Positions 15,851 to 24,526 of a stretch of DNA of 32,000 nucleotides are shown here, in pieces (position 1 is the first letter of the stretch; every line of letters starts with the position of its first letter). The DNA comes from Acaryochloris marina MBIC11017 (lineage in GTDB: Bacteria; Cyanobacteriota; Cyanobacteriia; Thermosynechococcales; Thermosynechococcaceae), in the NCBI RefSeq assembly GCF_000018105.1, contig NC_009925.1, positions 5,700,001 through 5,732,000 on the forward strand, read 5' to 3'. Both the position numbers and the translations under genes were made by a program. The notes below the pieces were generated by a model. It ran no database searches and was not told where the DNA came from. It saw only the letters and a list, made by a program, of their open reading frames with translations.

Positions 15851-16781
15851 CTGCATGGAAGGGATGGATGCAGGTCGCTATCAATCCAGGGCGTTTCAGC
15901 AGGCTAATTCATGGCTGGCGAATTTTTTTCCACCGCTTTCGGTAAGTTGATCATCTCTAGGAGGGTTCAGCATTTCTACCTATCGGTAGAGGCGATTCTT
16001 ATCACTCTTTTGTTTAGGTGGATATAGATCAGCCCCATGATTGGGTGGAGAGTATGTATAGCGCGATGGAGGCTCCAAGTTCTTTGGGTGAGGACTTATC
16101 GATTATGGCCCAATCAACCTCCGAACTATCGATGCTCGGAGGTGGTGAAAAGAGTCTTTTCCTCCTCCCTGTAAGAGAGCCAAGGATTTTACCTTGCTGT
16201 ATTCAAACGTATTGAATGTGCCTGTATGAGTTATTTTCGAAACTTTAGACGATTTTTTCAGCCATTGAGTCATCTTTGGCGTTGGTTGGCTTTGGCCGTA
16301 GCTACCGCTATTCTTTGCAGTAATTTTGTCTGGATATCAGCGGCCATGGGTCAAATTCCTGGTAGCTTCCTGCCATCGATATCAGGCCAGGCGAATTCGT
16401 CCGCCAATCCAATTAAGGGACTGAAACAAAATTCCTCACTGAATGAGGATTTTGTGGTTAAGGGTATTTATTTAGATGGTCGGCGAATGGTTGATATTGC
16501 CGTTCCAGCTTCGAAAGTCCAAAATGACTCATCGGAGGAAACTGAAGAGTCTACGACGTCCGTGTCAATTTCTAACCGGGCCGAAGTGATTCAAGATCGG
16601 TTGCAAGACTTAGCGCAAGATAATCTCAATCGCAGCTCTCTGACCGTTGATTTTCAAATAGATCCTGAAAACCAGTTGCCTCGAATCATGGTCAATGGGA
16701 GCTATTTGATGACGGTGACGACCAGCGATGCAGAGGTTCAAGGGGACAATCTAGTGCAGAGATCTGTAAATAGTTCATCAG

Positions 16782-17477
16782 CTATAGTCGAGGTTGGAAT
16801 CCCTTAAATTGCCATTGGAAAGGTTTGGCCATCGTGTGATTGAAATACTCAATAAATTCGAGGATGCGCTGTTGCAAATCATCCTTGGAGGTGAAATTGC
16901 CTCGACGAATCAATCGACGCACCAAAATACTAAACCAGCATTCAATCTGATTGAGCCAGGAGGTATGTTTGGGGATATAAACAAATCGGATCCGATGGCT
17001 GGGGTCGCTCAAGAAAGCTGTGCGAGTCTCCATCGATTTGAGAATACCGGATTGACCTTTAACACCTAACTCTGAATCCATACCGCAACAAGCAGCAACC
17101 CATCGCACCAAGGAAGCAGAGCGATGGGTATTGAGTTGGTCGAGTAGAAAAATCCATCCATCGTCCGGTGCTGTTTCAACGGTATTGGCAATATGATTGG
17201 CAAAGTCAAACTCTTTTCGAGTGGGTCCGATAGAAGGCGCAATCACCTTTCCCAGAGCCACGTGCCAGTTGGCAATCAAACTGAGGGTACCGTGCCGTTT
17301 ATATTCAAATTCCAAGCGACGTGGTTGCCCTGGTTTCATGGCTTGGTCTAGGTATAGTCGTTCAAGCGCTTGAATGCCCGTCATTTCATCCGTACTGACA
17401 AGGTGAATCTGTTGAGCTGCCAATTCAGCTGCTGAGTCATACAGTTGACAAATCTGACGCACTTTCGCCTCGAACAC
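16782..17477 (-). CDS. IS630-family transposase, DDE catalytic part (orfB, +1 frame relative to orfA)
   Basis: This is an ORF-track ORF of 231 aa. It contains LVSTDEMTGIQALER, WIFLLDQLNTHRS and HTSWLNQIECWFS, which is a DDE/Tc1-mariner-like signature. The frame stays open upstream to the orfA overlap (GEAQLQPHRSRYWLNANPEDPEVFEAK). Confidence 0.8.
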   Translation of the reverse strand: MFEAKVRQICQLYDSAAELAAQQIHLVSTDEMTGIQALERLYLDQAMKPGQPRRLEFEYKRHGTLSLIANWHVALGKVIAPSIGPTRKEFDFANHIANTVETAPDDGWIFLLDQLNTHRSASLVRWVAACCGMDSELGVKGQSGILKSMETRTAFLSDPSHRIRFVYIPKHTSWLNQIECWFSILVRRLIRRGNFTSKDDLQQRILEFIEYFNHTMAKPFQWQFKGFQPRL

Positions 17478-17493
17478 CTCTGGGTCCTCAGGG

Positions 17494-18030
17494 TTAGCAT
17501 TGAGCCAATAGCGACTCCGATGGGGCTGCAGCTGAGCCTCTCCCCAAAAAACGTCTCACACTGCTGGCCGACAGGTGAGGGACGATGCCGCGTTTAATCG
17601 CTTCATCAGCAATCTCTTCAGGTGTCCATTGACTCACAGGTCGGGCTGAGTCCTGGGGAGATTCACAGGCAATAGCCACAATTTGGATCACCTGCTCTGG
17701 GGTAAAGGTGGGTGGGACACCTGGACGCGGGGCATCTGTTAAAGCCTCCAACACTTGCTGGTGCAATTCTGTTTCGCTGTCGTCTACCTGCTCACAAAGG
17801 GCAAGACGCTCTTGATTATCAAGCCAGCGCTGACGCCAATAGCGAACTTGGTTGCGGTCGAGTTGCCATTGACGGCTAATCTGGGTGTTACTTTCGCCTG
17901 AGGCGGCTGATAGGATGATGCTTGCTCGACGTACCAAGCGATAAGGATTGGTGGTTTGTCGCACGATTTGGGTCAAACAATGGTGTTGTTGCTGCGATAG
18001 TTCGATTGGAGAAGCTTTGGGAGTTGGCAT
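17494..18030 (-). CDS. IS630-family transposase, N-terminal HTH part (orfA)
   Basis: This is an ORF-track ORF of 178 aa with helix-turn-helix regions. The expected ..FLGRAQLQPHRSRYWLN.. continuation is in the +1 frame, after a T6G4 run (plus-strand 17542-17551). Confidence 0.8.
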   Translation of the reverse strand: MPTPKASPIELSQQQHHCLTQIVRQTTNPYRLVRRASIILSAASGESNTQISRQWQLDRNQVRYWRQRWLDNQERLALCEQVDDSETELHQQVLEALTDAPRPGVPPTFTPEQVIQIVAIACESPQDSARPVSQWTPEEIADEAIKRGIVPHLSASSVRRFLGRGSAAAPSESLLAQC

Positions 18031-19173
18031 TGGCAGAAATCATATCTTGTGAAGAGGGTTTCTCTGACACTATCCGATTGATGACCAATCTTGTATAACT
18101 GCCGGATTATCTTCAAAATCTAGGACTAGAAACAGCGACTCAGGGAATCATTCAATCCATTAAGGATGGGCTTCAAAACTATAAGCGGGAACGTCAACCC
18201 GATTACCTAAGACGGCAAGGGTTGATTGCAGGTGGGCTCACCGTCGGATTGCTGGTATTGACGATTGGCATTAAGTATCGACAGCGACAACTTAAAGCTC
18301 GATACAAACAGATTTTGGCTGAGATTGAGAAGGCTGAGTCATTCGTAATTTCTTCTTCTGAATCAGATACCAATTCTAAGGAAACGTTATCTGAGCAGAG
18401 CAACGGGGTGGCCCAAAAGCAGCTTGCCAAACACAAAAGATTGAAAGTATGGATGGAACTTCGACAAAGATTATTGACGATTGGTCTGATTGGAATTTGG
18501 GCCGGAGGAGTGGCGTTAGTCTTGCGCCTTTTCCCCCAAACCCGGTGGCTGCAGTCATTGGTGTTGTCTGGTTTAGGGCAGGTACTCCTAAAAATTATTG
18601 TCATCCTAGTGGCGACCTATTGGGCGGTTCGGATCAGTTTTGTGTTGATCGATGGGATCTTCACTTTCTTGGGTCGAAGTAGTCTCCTCTCTTCTCCAGC
18701 CTCAGTGCGAAAACAGCAGCGGCTGCAAACGGTCGCAGGCATTGCTAAAGGAATTGTCACCATTTTGATGGGAATTATTGGATTCCTGATTGCGCTATCA
18801 ACCCTGGGAGTCAATATTGGTCCTTTGCTAACAGGAGTAGGGATTATAGGTGTGGCGATATCCTTGGGTGCTCAGAATTTAGTGAAGGATATGATTAATG
18901 GATTTTTTATCCTGCTGGAAGATCAGTTTAGTGTGGGGGATGTGATTACCATCGGGGATGCGTCGGGATTTGTCGAAAAAATGAATTTGCGCATTACTCA
19001 ATTGCGCAGTATTGACGGTGAATTAATTACGGTTCCAAACAGCAGTATTTCAGAAGTCAGAAATCATACGAATAAATGGTCTCGGGCCAACTTAGCGATC
19101 GCAGTTGGGTATCACACTGATCTGGATCAGGCGATTTCGATTATTGATGATGTTGCTCAAGAGATGGGTAGTC

Positions 19174-19566
19174 CTAGTCCTGTAAGGATGCATTGTAGTG
19201 ATGGACAAACATCCAGATTGCTCCAATATGATTCTCTAGCTTTTTCGAAAACGACAGTGTCTTTCGAACTAACCGAGACACTCGCTGGCGCATGGTGCAA
19301 TTAAATCGTTCAATGTAGCAGGTTTGGCCTGTTTCCTTGCCCACAGCTTGATGTCGTTGTTTGGGGAAAACACAGCCGTAGGCATCCCAAAAATCCGTGT
19401 AGGCAACCGCACATTGACGATAGATTCCTGGCAAGGAATTCCATAGCTGACGAGCACCTTGCTTGGAGCGTGCCCCCACATAAACACCGACTATCTCACG
19501 CGTGATGACATCAAGAGCAAGCCATATCCACTGTTTATTGCTCTTATCGTTCACAAATGACCACAT
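19174..19566 (-). CDS. insB: IS1-family InsB (DDE part), in the +1 frame relative to insA
   Basis: The product begins MWSFVNDKSNKQWIWLALDVITREIVGVYVG...YTDFWDAYG...IERFNCTMRQRVSRLVRKTLSFSKK, which is IS1 InsB-like. The frame is open upstream through an A8 run (plus-strand T8 at 19594-19601), giving ..KKGRLTLQCDEMWSF. Confidence 0.85.
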   Translation of the reverse strand: MWSFVNDKSNKQWIWLALDVITREIVGVYVGARSKQGARQLWNSLPGIYRQCAVAYTDFWDAYGCVFPKQRHQAVGKETGQTCYIERFNCTMRQRVSRLVRKTLSFSKKLENHIGAIWMFVHHYNASLQD

Positions 19567-19570
19567 TTCA

Positions 19571-19888
19571 TCACATTGAAGAGTTAATCGGCCTTTTTTT
19601 TGATGATATGTTCACAGTACGAGGCACTGCTTCATACTTACAGTTCACGTACTCTTGTAACCAGCTTTCAGAAACATCACAGACCCTGGCAATACCTGCC
19701 AGAGGTATCTTTTCAAGCAATAGCTTATCGATCAGGCCTTTAGTGGATGAATCAATTCGCTTTTGCTGAGGAGCTTCCACAAACTGACGACCACAGGTTT
19801 TACATTTGTGGTTTTGCTTGCCATTATGGATTCGACCGTTTTTGACAACGTTTTGAGAACGACAGTTAGGGCAGGTCAATGTCGACAT
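19571..19888 (-). CDS. insA: IS1-family InsA (zinc-ribbon / HTH)
   Basis: The product begins MSTLTCPNCRSQNVVKNGRIHNGKQNHKCKTCGRQFVE..., an InsA-type CxxC...CxxC ribbon. I use ATG 19888 because the ORF-track start 19966 lies outside the IS in mscS flank DNA. Confidence 0.85.
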   Translation of the reverse strand: MSTLTCPNCRSQNVVKNGRIHNGKQNHKCKTCGRQFVEAPQQKRIDSSTKGLIDKLLLEKIPLAGIARVCDVSESWLQEYVNCKYEAVPRTVNISSKKRPINSSM

Positions 19889-20350
19889 TTGTGATGCTGG
19901 ATTTTGGATGTTGGATATATCTATCCTTACATCTGGCGGACTACCCAAGAGATGAATCGGGTGCAACCCTGGCAGGACCTTATCTTAGAGCCTCCTACAG
20001 TATTGGGGGTGGATGAATTCAATGAAAATCATCTGACGATTCGGTTGTGGATTAAGACTAAGCCGTTGAAGCAGTGGGATGTGGCTCGAGAGTATCGCCG
20101 TCGCCTTAAGAATGCCTTTGATCGAGAAGGCATTTCTAATCCTCTCCCCCACCGAACGATTCAGATTGAGAGTGCAAGTGAACTAAGCAATCTCAATGGT
20201 CGTAAATAGACCTCTGACATAAATTACAAAGGGCGGTATGTATCGTTCTAGCCGATTTTTTAATCGTCCTCAAACGTATACCCAGGTACAGCCAGATATG
20301 ACAGGATTTACGATAATAGAAACGATGAATAATACCCTTTACAAACTTCC

Positions 20351-20944
20351 ATGAAATCTATCGCTGAACGCTATAAAAGTCTCGCCGGAGCTTATGTCAA
20401 ACTCTCTGACAAATTTCATCAGCTCGACGTGGCTCATATGAATCTCAAGGAAAAGCTGTTGCCTGCCGTTAAAGCTATCAACAGCTATCGTTCCTTAATC
20501 CAACAGCTTCAGCAGGATAAAGCCGAACTTGAGCGGACGGTTCAGACGCTCACAGAGCGACAGAAGTATTTGGAGGACAATCAGCTCACCCTGCAAGCGA
20601 AAGAGGTTGAGCTGTCGATGGCAGTCAATACCCTGACAAAGGAGAATACTGATTTACAGGTTGCCCTCCAAGACTTTCAGGCGAAGTACGAAGTGGTGTC
20701 TGGTTTTGAATCTCTATTAGCGTCTGAGCCTCAAGCCATGCTGACAGAGGCGGAACAGCAGATGGAACTAGTGGAAGAAACTCTGCAAGAGATCGCGCTC
20801 AACAGTGATCCTGACCTGAGCCAGGAAGAAAAAGAACTGATAGAGGCTTATCAAAAGGAAACCGAGAGTTTGTTTGGCTCTATGGAGCCTTTAAAGGACT
20901 GGGATTCTCCAGAAGTGCCAGAAGCGATACCCTGCGTTGCATAG
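20351..20944 (+). CDS. Hypothetical coiled-coil protein (197 aa)
   Basis: This is an ORF-track ORF. The sequence is heptad-like and rich in E, Q, L and K, for example LIQQLQQDKAELERTVQTLTERQKYLEDNQLTLQAKEVEL. The tail is acidic. I recognise no family. Confidence 0.6.
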   Translation: MKSIAERYKSLAGAYVKLSDKFHQLDVAHMNLKEKLLPAVKAINSYRSLIQQLQQDKAELERTVQTLTERQKYLEDNQLTLQAKEVELSMAVNTLTKENTDLQVALQDFQAKYEVVSGFESLLASEPQAMLTEAEQQMELVEETLQEIALNSDPDLSQEEKELIEAYQKETESLFGSMEPLKDWDSPEVPEAIPCVA

Positions 20945-20981
20945 GTGTAAATTTCTAAGGCGTTTTACTGTTATTTTGTAA

Positions 20982-21016
20982 CTCCCCTGCAGTTGACGAT
21001 GCGGGGGAGATTTTTG
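20982..21016 (+). terminator. Probable intrinsic terminator after the coiled-coil gene
   Basis: CTCCCCTGC (20982-20990) pairs with GCGGGGGAG (21001-21009), including one G-U pair. The loop is 10 nt. ATTTTTG follows. Confidence 0.6.
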
Positions 21017-21152
21017 ATGTGCGATCGCATGTTCAATACCGGGATGCGATCTCAACTTACAGGCTACTCAACCGACTTGGGGATAGAACAGACACAGGAC
21101 AAACGCATTGACAGAAATTACACCCAATGTTCAAGAGAGCTATCCCAACAGT

Positions 21153-22635
21153 CAATGGCACTGACTTAAGAAGTCAGGAAAAAGCTACAAGTCTTGATAG
21201 ATATAGGATCAAGACTTGCACGCCATAAACTTCTGCCTTTCACTATGTCTGAGTCAGCCGAAATTCTCAAGCAGCAATTTTCCCAAAGCCTGGGTTTACC
21301 GTGGACAGATATCCTTCCAGCCTCAAGGTTAGAGGAACTCCTGAAAGAAGAAGCATTCTCCTATCGCAACCGGATATATAGCCCCATCGTTACGCTGTGG
21401 GCCATGCTTTACCAAGTGCTATCAGCCGATAAAAGCCTTCGTAACACAGTCAAATGCATCACGACTTGGCTCACAGCGGCTGGCATCCAACCGCCCTCAT
21501 CTGATACCGGAGCCTACAGCAAAGCCAGAAGTCGCTTTCCAGAGTCACTGTTGCAACGTTTAATTCCCGAAAGCGCTGAGTGCTTAGCGCAACCCCTCTC
21601 CCCAGAGCACCTCTGGTGTGGTCGGCCCGTCAAGGTCTACGACGGAACCACCGTGTTGATGGCTGATAGTGCGGCCAACCAAGCATCATATCCACAACAT
21701 GGCAATCAAACAGCAGGCTGTGGTTTTCCCATCGCTCGCTTGGTAGTGTTCTTCTGCTTGGTTACCGGTGCAGTGGCGTCAGCTTGTATTGCCTCCTGGG
21801 ACACCAGTGAAATTGTCATGAGTCGTTTGCTCTATCAAGACCTTGAGGTCGGTGATGTGGTCATGGCGGACCAAGCTTATGGCAGCTATGTTGATCTAGC
21901 CATCATTCAACAACACAGGGCTGATGGAGTGTTGCGTAAACATCATGCTCGCAAGACTGATTTCCGCAAAGGCAACAAGCATGGCATTGGTGATCATCAG
22001 GTGACATGGCATAAGCCAGCCCAACGGCCTGAGCACATGAGTGAGCAAGATTTTGCCCTGATTCCTCAAACATTGGTCGTTAGAGAGGTGTGTTTGCGCT
22101 TATCCCTTAAGGGCTTTCGCGACCAGCACATTATTGTGGTGACGACGCTGCTGGATGCTCAACGCTACAGCGCTGGGCAACTGACTCGCTTGTATGGCTG
22201 GCGTTGGCCAGTGGCGGAAGTCAATCTGCGCCATCTCAAAACCACCTTAAAAATGGAGATGCTCAGTGCCAAAACTCCGGATATGGTGCGCAAGGACATT
22301 TGGGTACATTTGTTGGGCTATAACCTACTCAGAAGTCTCATGGAACTTGCGGCACCGCTAGCAGATAATGCTAGAACTCAACTGTCTGTGCAAGGAGCAC
22401 GACAACACTTCAATCAGATGCTTGCTTTGTTGGCGACAGCCAACCGTGCGACCAGAAAGCGGTTGTTTACTCATCTACTTGAGACCATGGCAGCCGATCT
22501 ATTACCCTCTCGACCGAATCGGCACGAACCGAGAGTCGTCAAACGCAGACCCAAATCTTTCCCGCGAATGCGACAACCTCGCTCTGCTCTCAAAGCTAAG
22601 CTAGCTGTTTGATTGAGCTTAAGTCAGTGCCATTG
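21153..22635 (+). mobile_element. IS4-family insertion sequence, 1483 bp, nested in the IS701-family element
   Basis: Perfect 18-bp terminal inverted repeats CAATGGCACTGACTTAAG lie at 21153-21170 and, as reverse complement, at 22618-22635. A perfect 11-bp target duplication ATCCCAACAGT lies at 21142-21152 and 22636-22646. The size of the duplication fits IS4. Confidence 0.92.
21194..22612 (+). CDS. IS4-family DDE transposase
   Basis: This is an ORF-track ORF whose 21194 start is a TTG. ATG 21245 (MSESAEILKQ..) is more likely. The N-terminal IS4-type region (RNRIYSPIVTLWAMLYQVL) precedes the DDE domain (VYDGTTV, VVMADQAYGSY, YGWRWPVAEVNLRHLKTTLKM). An 8-bp hairpin (GTCTTGAT/ATCAAGAC, 21191-21215) lies in the leader. 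Confidence 0.88.
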   Translation: MIDIGSRLARHKLLPFTMSESAEILKQQFSQSLGLPWTDILPASRLEELLKEEAFSYRNRIYSPIVTLWAMLYQVLSADKSLRNTVKCITTWLTAAGIQPPSSDTGAYSKARSRFPESLLQRLIPESAECLAQPLSPEHLWCGRPVKVYDGTTVLMADSAANQASYPQHGNQTAGCGFPIARLVVFFCLVTGAVASACIASWDTSEIVMSRLLYQDLEVGDVVMADQAYGSYVDLAIIQQHRADGVLRKHHARKTDFRKGNKHGIGDHQVTWHKPAQRPEHMSEQDFALIPQTLVVREVCLRLSLKGFRDQHIIVVTTLLDAQRYSAGQLTRLYGWRWPVAEVNLRHLKTTLKMEMLSAKTPDMVRKDIWVHLLGYNLLRSLMELAAPLADNARTQLSVQGARQHFNQMLALLATANRATRKRLFTHLLETMAADLLPSRPNRHEPRVVKRRPKSFPRMRQPRSALKAKLAV

Positions 22636-23656
22636 ATCCCAACAGTGGTTGTTCAAGAATGAACTGTCGCGCAACCTCCTGATATAAATTACGCTGGAGG
22701 GCATACCAGTTGTCTATCTGTTGGTGCCAGACTTGTAATTCAAGCTCTACAAAAGCCCTCAGAGCGCAAAAAACATGGGTATGAACAGCTTCCGTCAAAC
22801 GCACCCGAAATCGCTGAAGCCCACACAGTTGTTTACCTGCACGATGAAAGCATTCAATACCCCAGTGCAGGGTATGTAAGTGCTCAAACTCTGCTTTACC
22901 AGCATAAGCTAGCTCTTTCGGGTCTGGCGCATAGAGAAGGTAATAGCGACACGATCCGTTTTTGAACCGCTGGCAAAAAAACTTGACGATGCCCACCCCT
23001 TTGAGATGAACGTGTAATCCTTGTTCTGAAATAATGAGGTTATCCACTCGTTGATACTGCTGAGCGCCCACTCGCACCTGTCGATTTTTGGCAACACCAA
23101 CCAGGAATCCCATTTGCACGTCTTTGAGTAAATTGAGATTGGCCTTGGACGCATACCAAGCATCGCTAGTGAAGGTCGTCGGTCGGAGCCCCCAATCCAG
23201 AACTTCTTGGAGCATCTCCTGAAGATATTGATTCTTTGTTTTACCCTCCTGTTTGTCATAAATTCGATAGTTGATGGGGACTCTCAAGCCATTCGGACTG
23301 CTGTAGTACAGGGTGATTAAGGGAATTCCTAAAATGGGTTTGCTATATTTGCTACTCCAGTAATATCCCAGCAAGTCCATTTTCTTGGGGTTGCTGTAGA
23401 GTTTTTCGAGGATGGTATCATCAGCACTCACAATGCCTCCAGTAAGCTCAACCCATCCATTACCAACCAGCAAATCAAATAGGTCTTTGGGTTCATACCG
23501 TTCTCGAAGCAAAAAGCGATTGATGCTGTCGTGAGAGACATCTTGGAGGATTTCAGCCATATGGCTGCACCCATCTCCTTTGGGTTGAGCCAAGAGATAG
23601 CGGACATACAAGTCTTGGGTGCAATGAGCTGTTGAAGGCTTACTGGGTATTCGCAA
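22619..23656 (-). CDS. IS701-family DDE transposase (last residues replaced by IS4 end sequence)
   Basis: This is an ORF-track ORF of 345 aa. It contains ..TSDAWYAS.. and HWGIECFHRAGKQLCGLQRFRVR, which is an IS701/IS4-superfamily signature. Its present C-terminus ..LLGSMALT* reads into the IS4 inverted repeat. Removing the IS4 element gives ..LLG* with the stop at 21140-21142. Confidence 0.82.
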   Translation of the reverse strand: MRIPSKPSTAHCTQDLYVRYLLAQPKGDGCSHMAEILQDVSHDSINRFLLRERYEPKDLFDLLVGNGWVELTGGIVSADDTILEKLYSNPKKMDLLGYYWSSKYSKPILGIPLITLYYSSPNGLRVPINYRIYDKQEGKTKNQYLQEMLQEVLDWGLRPTTFTSDAWYASKANLNLLKDVQMGFLVGVAKNRQVRVGAQQYQRVDNLIISEQGLHVHLKGVGIVKFFCQRFKNGSCRYYLLYAPDPKELAYAGKAEFEHLHTLHWGIECFHRAGKQLCGLQRFRVRLTEAVHTHVFCALRAFVELELQVWHQQIDNWYALQRNLYQEVARQFILEQPLLGSMALT

Positions 23657-23711
23657 GAGAGGTAGAACGTTAACAGCCTTTATCTCTACAACTCACACAA
23701 TAAAGTCCATG

Positions 23712-24434
23712 TCAATGCGTTAGTCCTGAGACAATCCGAAACCCCTGAATTAAACCAGCAATAGGACTGCGACCACGATTCGCACAGCGACAGAGCCTCG
23801 GACCGCTGATGTAGGAACCGCCACGAGCTACATGATATTTAGGATTATGATCACTCCAAGCATTCCCATCCGTTGGCGCACCTTTATAGTTCCCATGCCA
23901 GGTATCAAGGCATAATTCCCAAACATTTCCATGCATGTCGTATAAACCAAATCCATTGGGAGGAAAGCAACCGACCTCTGTTGTCTGTTGCTGATTCTTT
24001 CCCTCGGAGCCATAGTTAGCGTCGTTATAGTTGGCAAGGGCGGGGGTAATCGTCTCTCCATAATGAAAGGGAGTTGACGTTCCGCCTCGGCAGGCATATT
24101 CCCACTCTGCTTCACTCGGAAGGCGGTAGTCCTTGCCACTTTTCTGGGACAGTTTTTGGCAAAAGCCCACTGCCTCATTCCAAGTAATATTTTCGACGGG
24201 CCGATTCGCTCCTTTGAATTGAGAAGGGTTTGACTCCATGATGGCTTCCCACTGGGCTTGAGTCACAGTAAACTGACTCATCAAAAATGGGGCGATGATC
24301 ACATGATGTTGAGGCCGTTCCCGATCCCAACTTCCTTCCTCTGCTTCAGATGCGCCCATGATAAATTCCCCTCCTGGTATCTCAACCATATAAATAAAGG
24401 GTTGTTGATCAAGATGTTCAATATATTGCTGCAA
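23712..24434 (-). CDS. Formylglycine-generating-enzyme (SUMF1/EgtB/PvdO) family protein, 3' end displaced by the IS701-family element
   Basis: The sequence contains MVEIPGGEFIMG, RPQHHV, ENITWNEAVGFC, YRLPSEAEWEYACRGG, GLYDMHGNVWE, RGGSY and GFRIV, the classic FGE-sulfatase fold signature. The present tail SGLTH* is IS-derived. After in-silico excision the ORF continues as ..GFRIVCSIPKSVE* and ends at 21064. Confidence 0.85.
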   Translation of the reverse strand: MQQYIEHLDQQPFIYMVEIPGGEFIMGASEAEEGSWDRERPQHHVIIAPFLMSQFTVTQAQWEAIMESNPSQFKGANRPVENITWNEAVGFCQKLSQKSGKDYRLPSEAEWEYACRGGTSTPFHYGETITPALANYNDANYGSEGKNQQQTTEVGCFPPNGFGLYDMHGNVWELCLDTWHGNYKGAPTDGNAWSDHNPKYHVARGGSYISGPRLCRCANRGRSPIAGLIQGFRIVSGLTH

Positions 24435-24526
24435 GGCGGTTCATTGGGTAGAAAAGCCGATTTAGCCCCCAGTGTATTCCGATTTGTGTTGATGCTTGAA
24501 AGAGATGAAGTTGATCTCCAGGCTAG

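Larger units (their letters stand above)
16769..18095 (-). mobile_element. IS630-family insertion sequence (ends approximate, plus or minus a few nt)
   Basis: It contains the two transposase ORFs listed below. The terminal inverted repeats are imperfect: left AATAGTTCATCAGCTATAGTCGAG, and the right-end reverse complement CAAGATTGGTCATCAATCGGATAGTGTCAGAG. TA dinucleotides lie at both junctions (16767-68 and 18094-97), as expected for IS630. Confidence 0.75.
19167..19945 (-). mobile_element. IS1-family insertion sequence, 779 bp, flanked by a perfect 9-bp target duplication
   Basis: The direct repeat CAAGAGATG occurs at 19158-19166 and 19946-19954. The terminal inverted repeats are GGTAGTCCTAGTCCTGTAAGGAT (left) and GGTAGTCCGCCAGATGTAAGGAT (right, reverse complement). 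The element has an insA/insB gene pair. Confidence 0.92.
16226..20209 (+). pseudogene. Large MscS-family mechanosensitive channel gene split into three pieces by two IS insertions
   Basis: Piece 1 (16226 to about 16768) encodes a signal-anchor plus the periplasmic region (..GIYLDGRRMVDIAVP..). Piece 2 (about 18099-19166) encodes the TM helices and the MscS core: GVNIGPLLTGVGIIGVAISLGAQNLVKDMINGFFILLEDQFSVGDVITIGDASGFVEKMNLRITQLRSIDGELITVPNSSI. Piece 3 (19955-20209) encodes the C-terminal domain: NRVQPWQDLILEPPTVLGVDEFNENHLTIRLWIKTKPLKQWDVAREYRRRLKNAFDREGI. The junction between pieces 2 and 3 restores the frame exactly when the IS1 element and one TSD copy are removed. Confidence 0.85.
21095..23728 (-). 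mobile_element. IS701-family insertion sequence (about 1.14 kb net) interrupted by a nested IS4-family element
   Basis: The terminal inverted repeats are CAGGACAAACGCATTGACA (21095-21113) and the reverse complement of 23710-23728, CAGGACTAACGCATTGACA (18 of 19 match). The direct repeat AGACA lies at 21090-21094 and 23729-23733. Confidence 0.85.

Noticed and set aside
16018-16215. A 65-aa ORF (GTG start) in the 430-nt gap between the RTX terminator and the mscS-family gene, together with small hairpins there (CCTCCGA/TCGGAGG at about 16117-16141).
   Set aside because: It has no RBS, an odd composition and a non-ATG start. I cannot match the region to any riboswitch or sRNA, so it is treated as the 5' UTR or promoter region of the channel gene.
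19889-19966. The ORF-track N-terminal extension of insA (MHPIHLLGSPPDVRIDISNIQNPASQ).
   Set aside because: Its start codon lies beyond the IS1 terminus (19945) in mscS flanking DNA. It is only a read-through-open frame across the inverted repeat.
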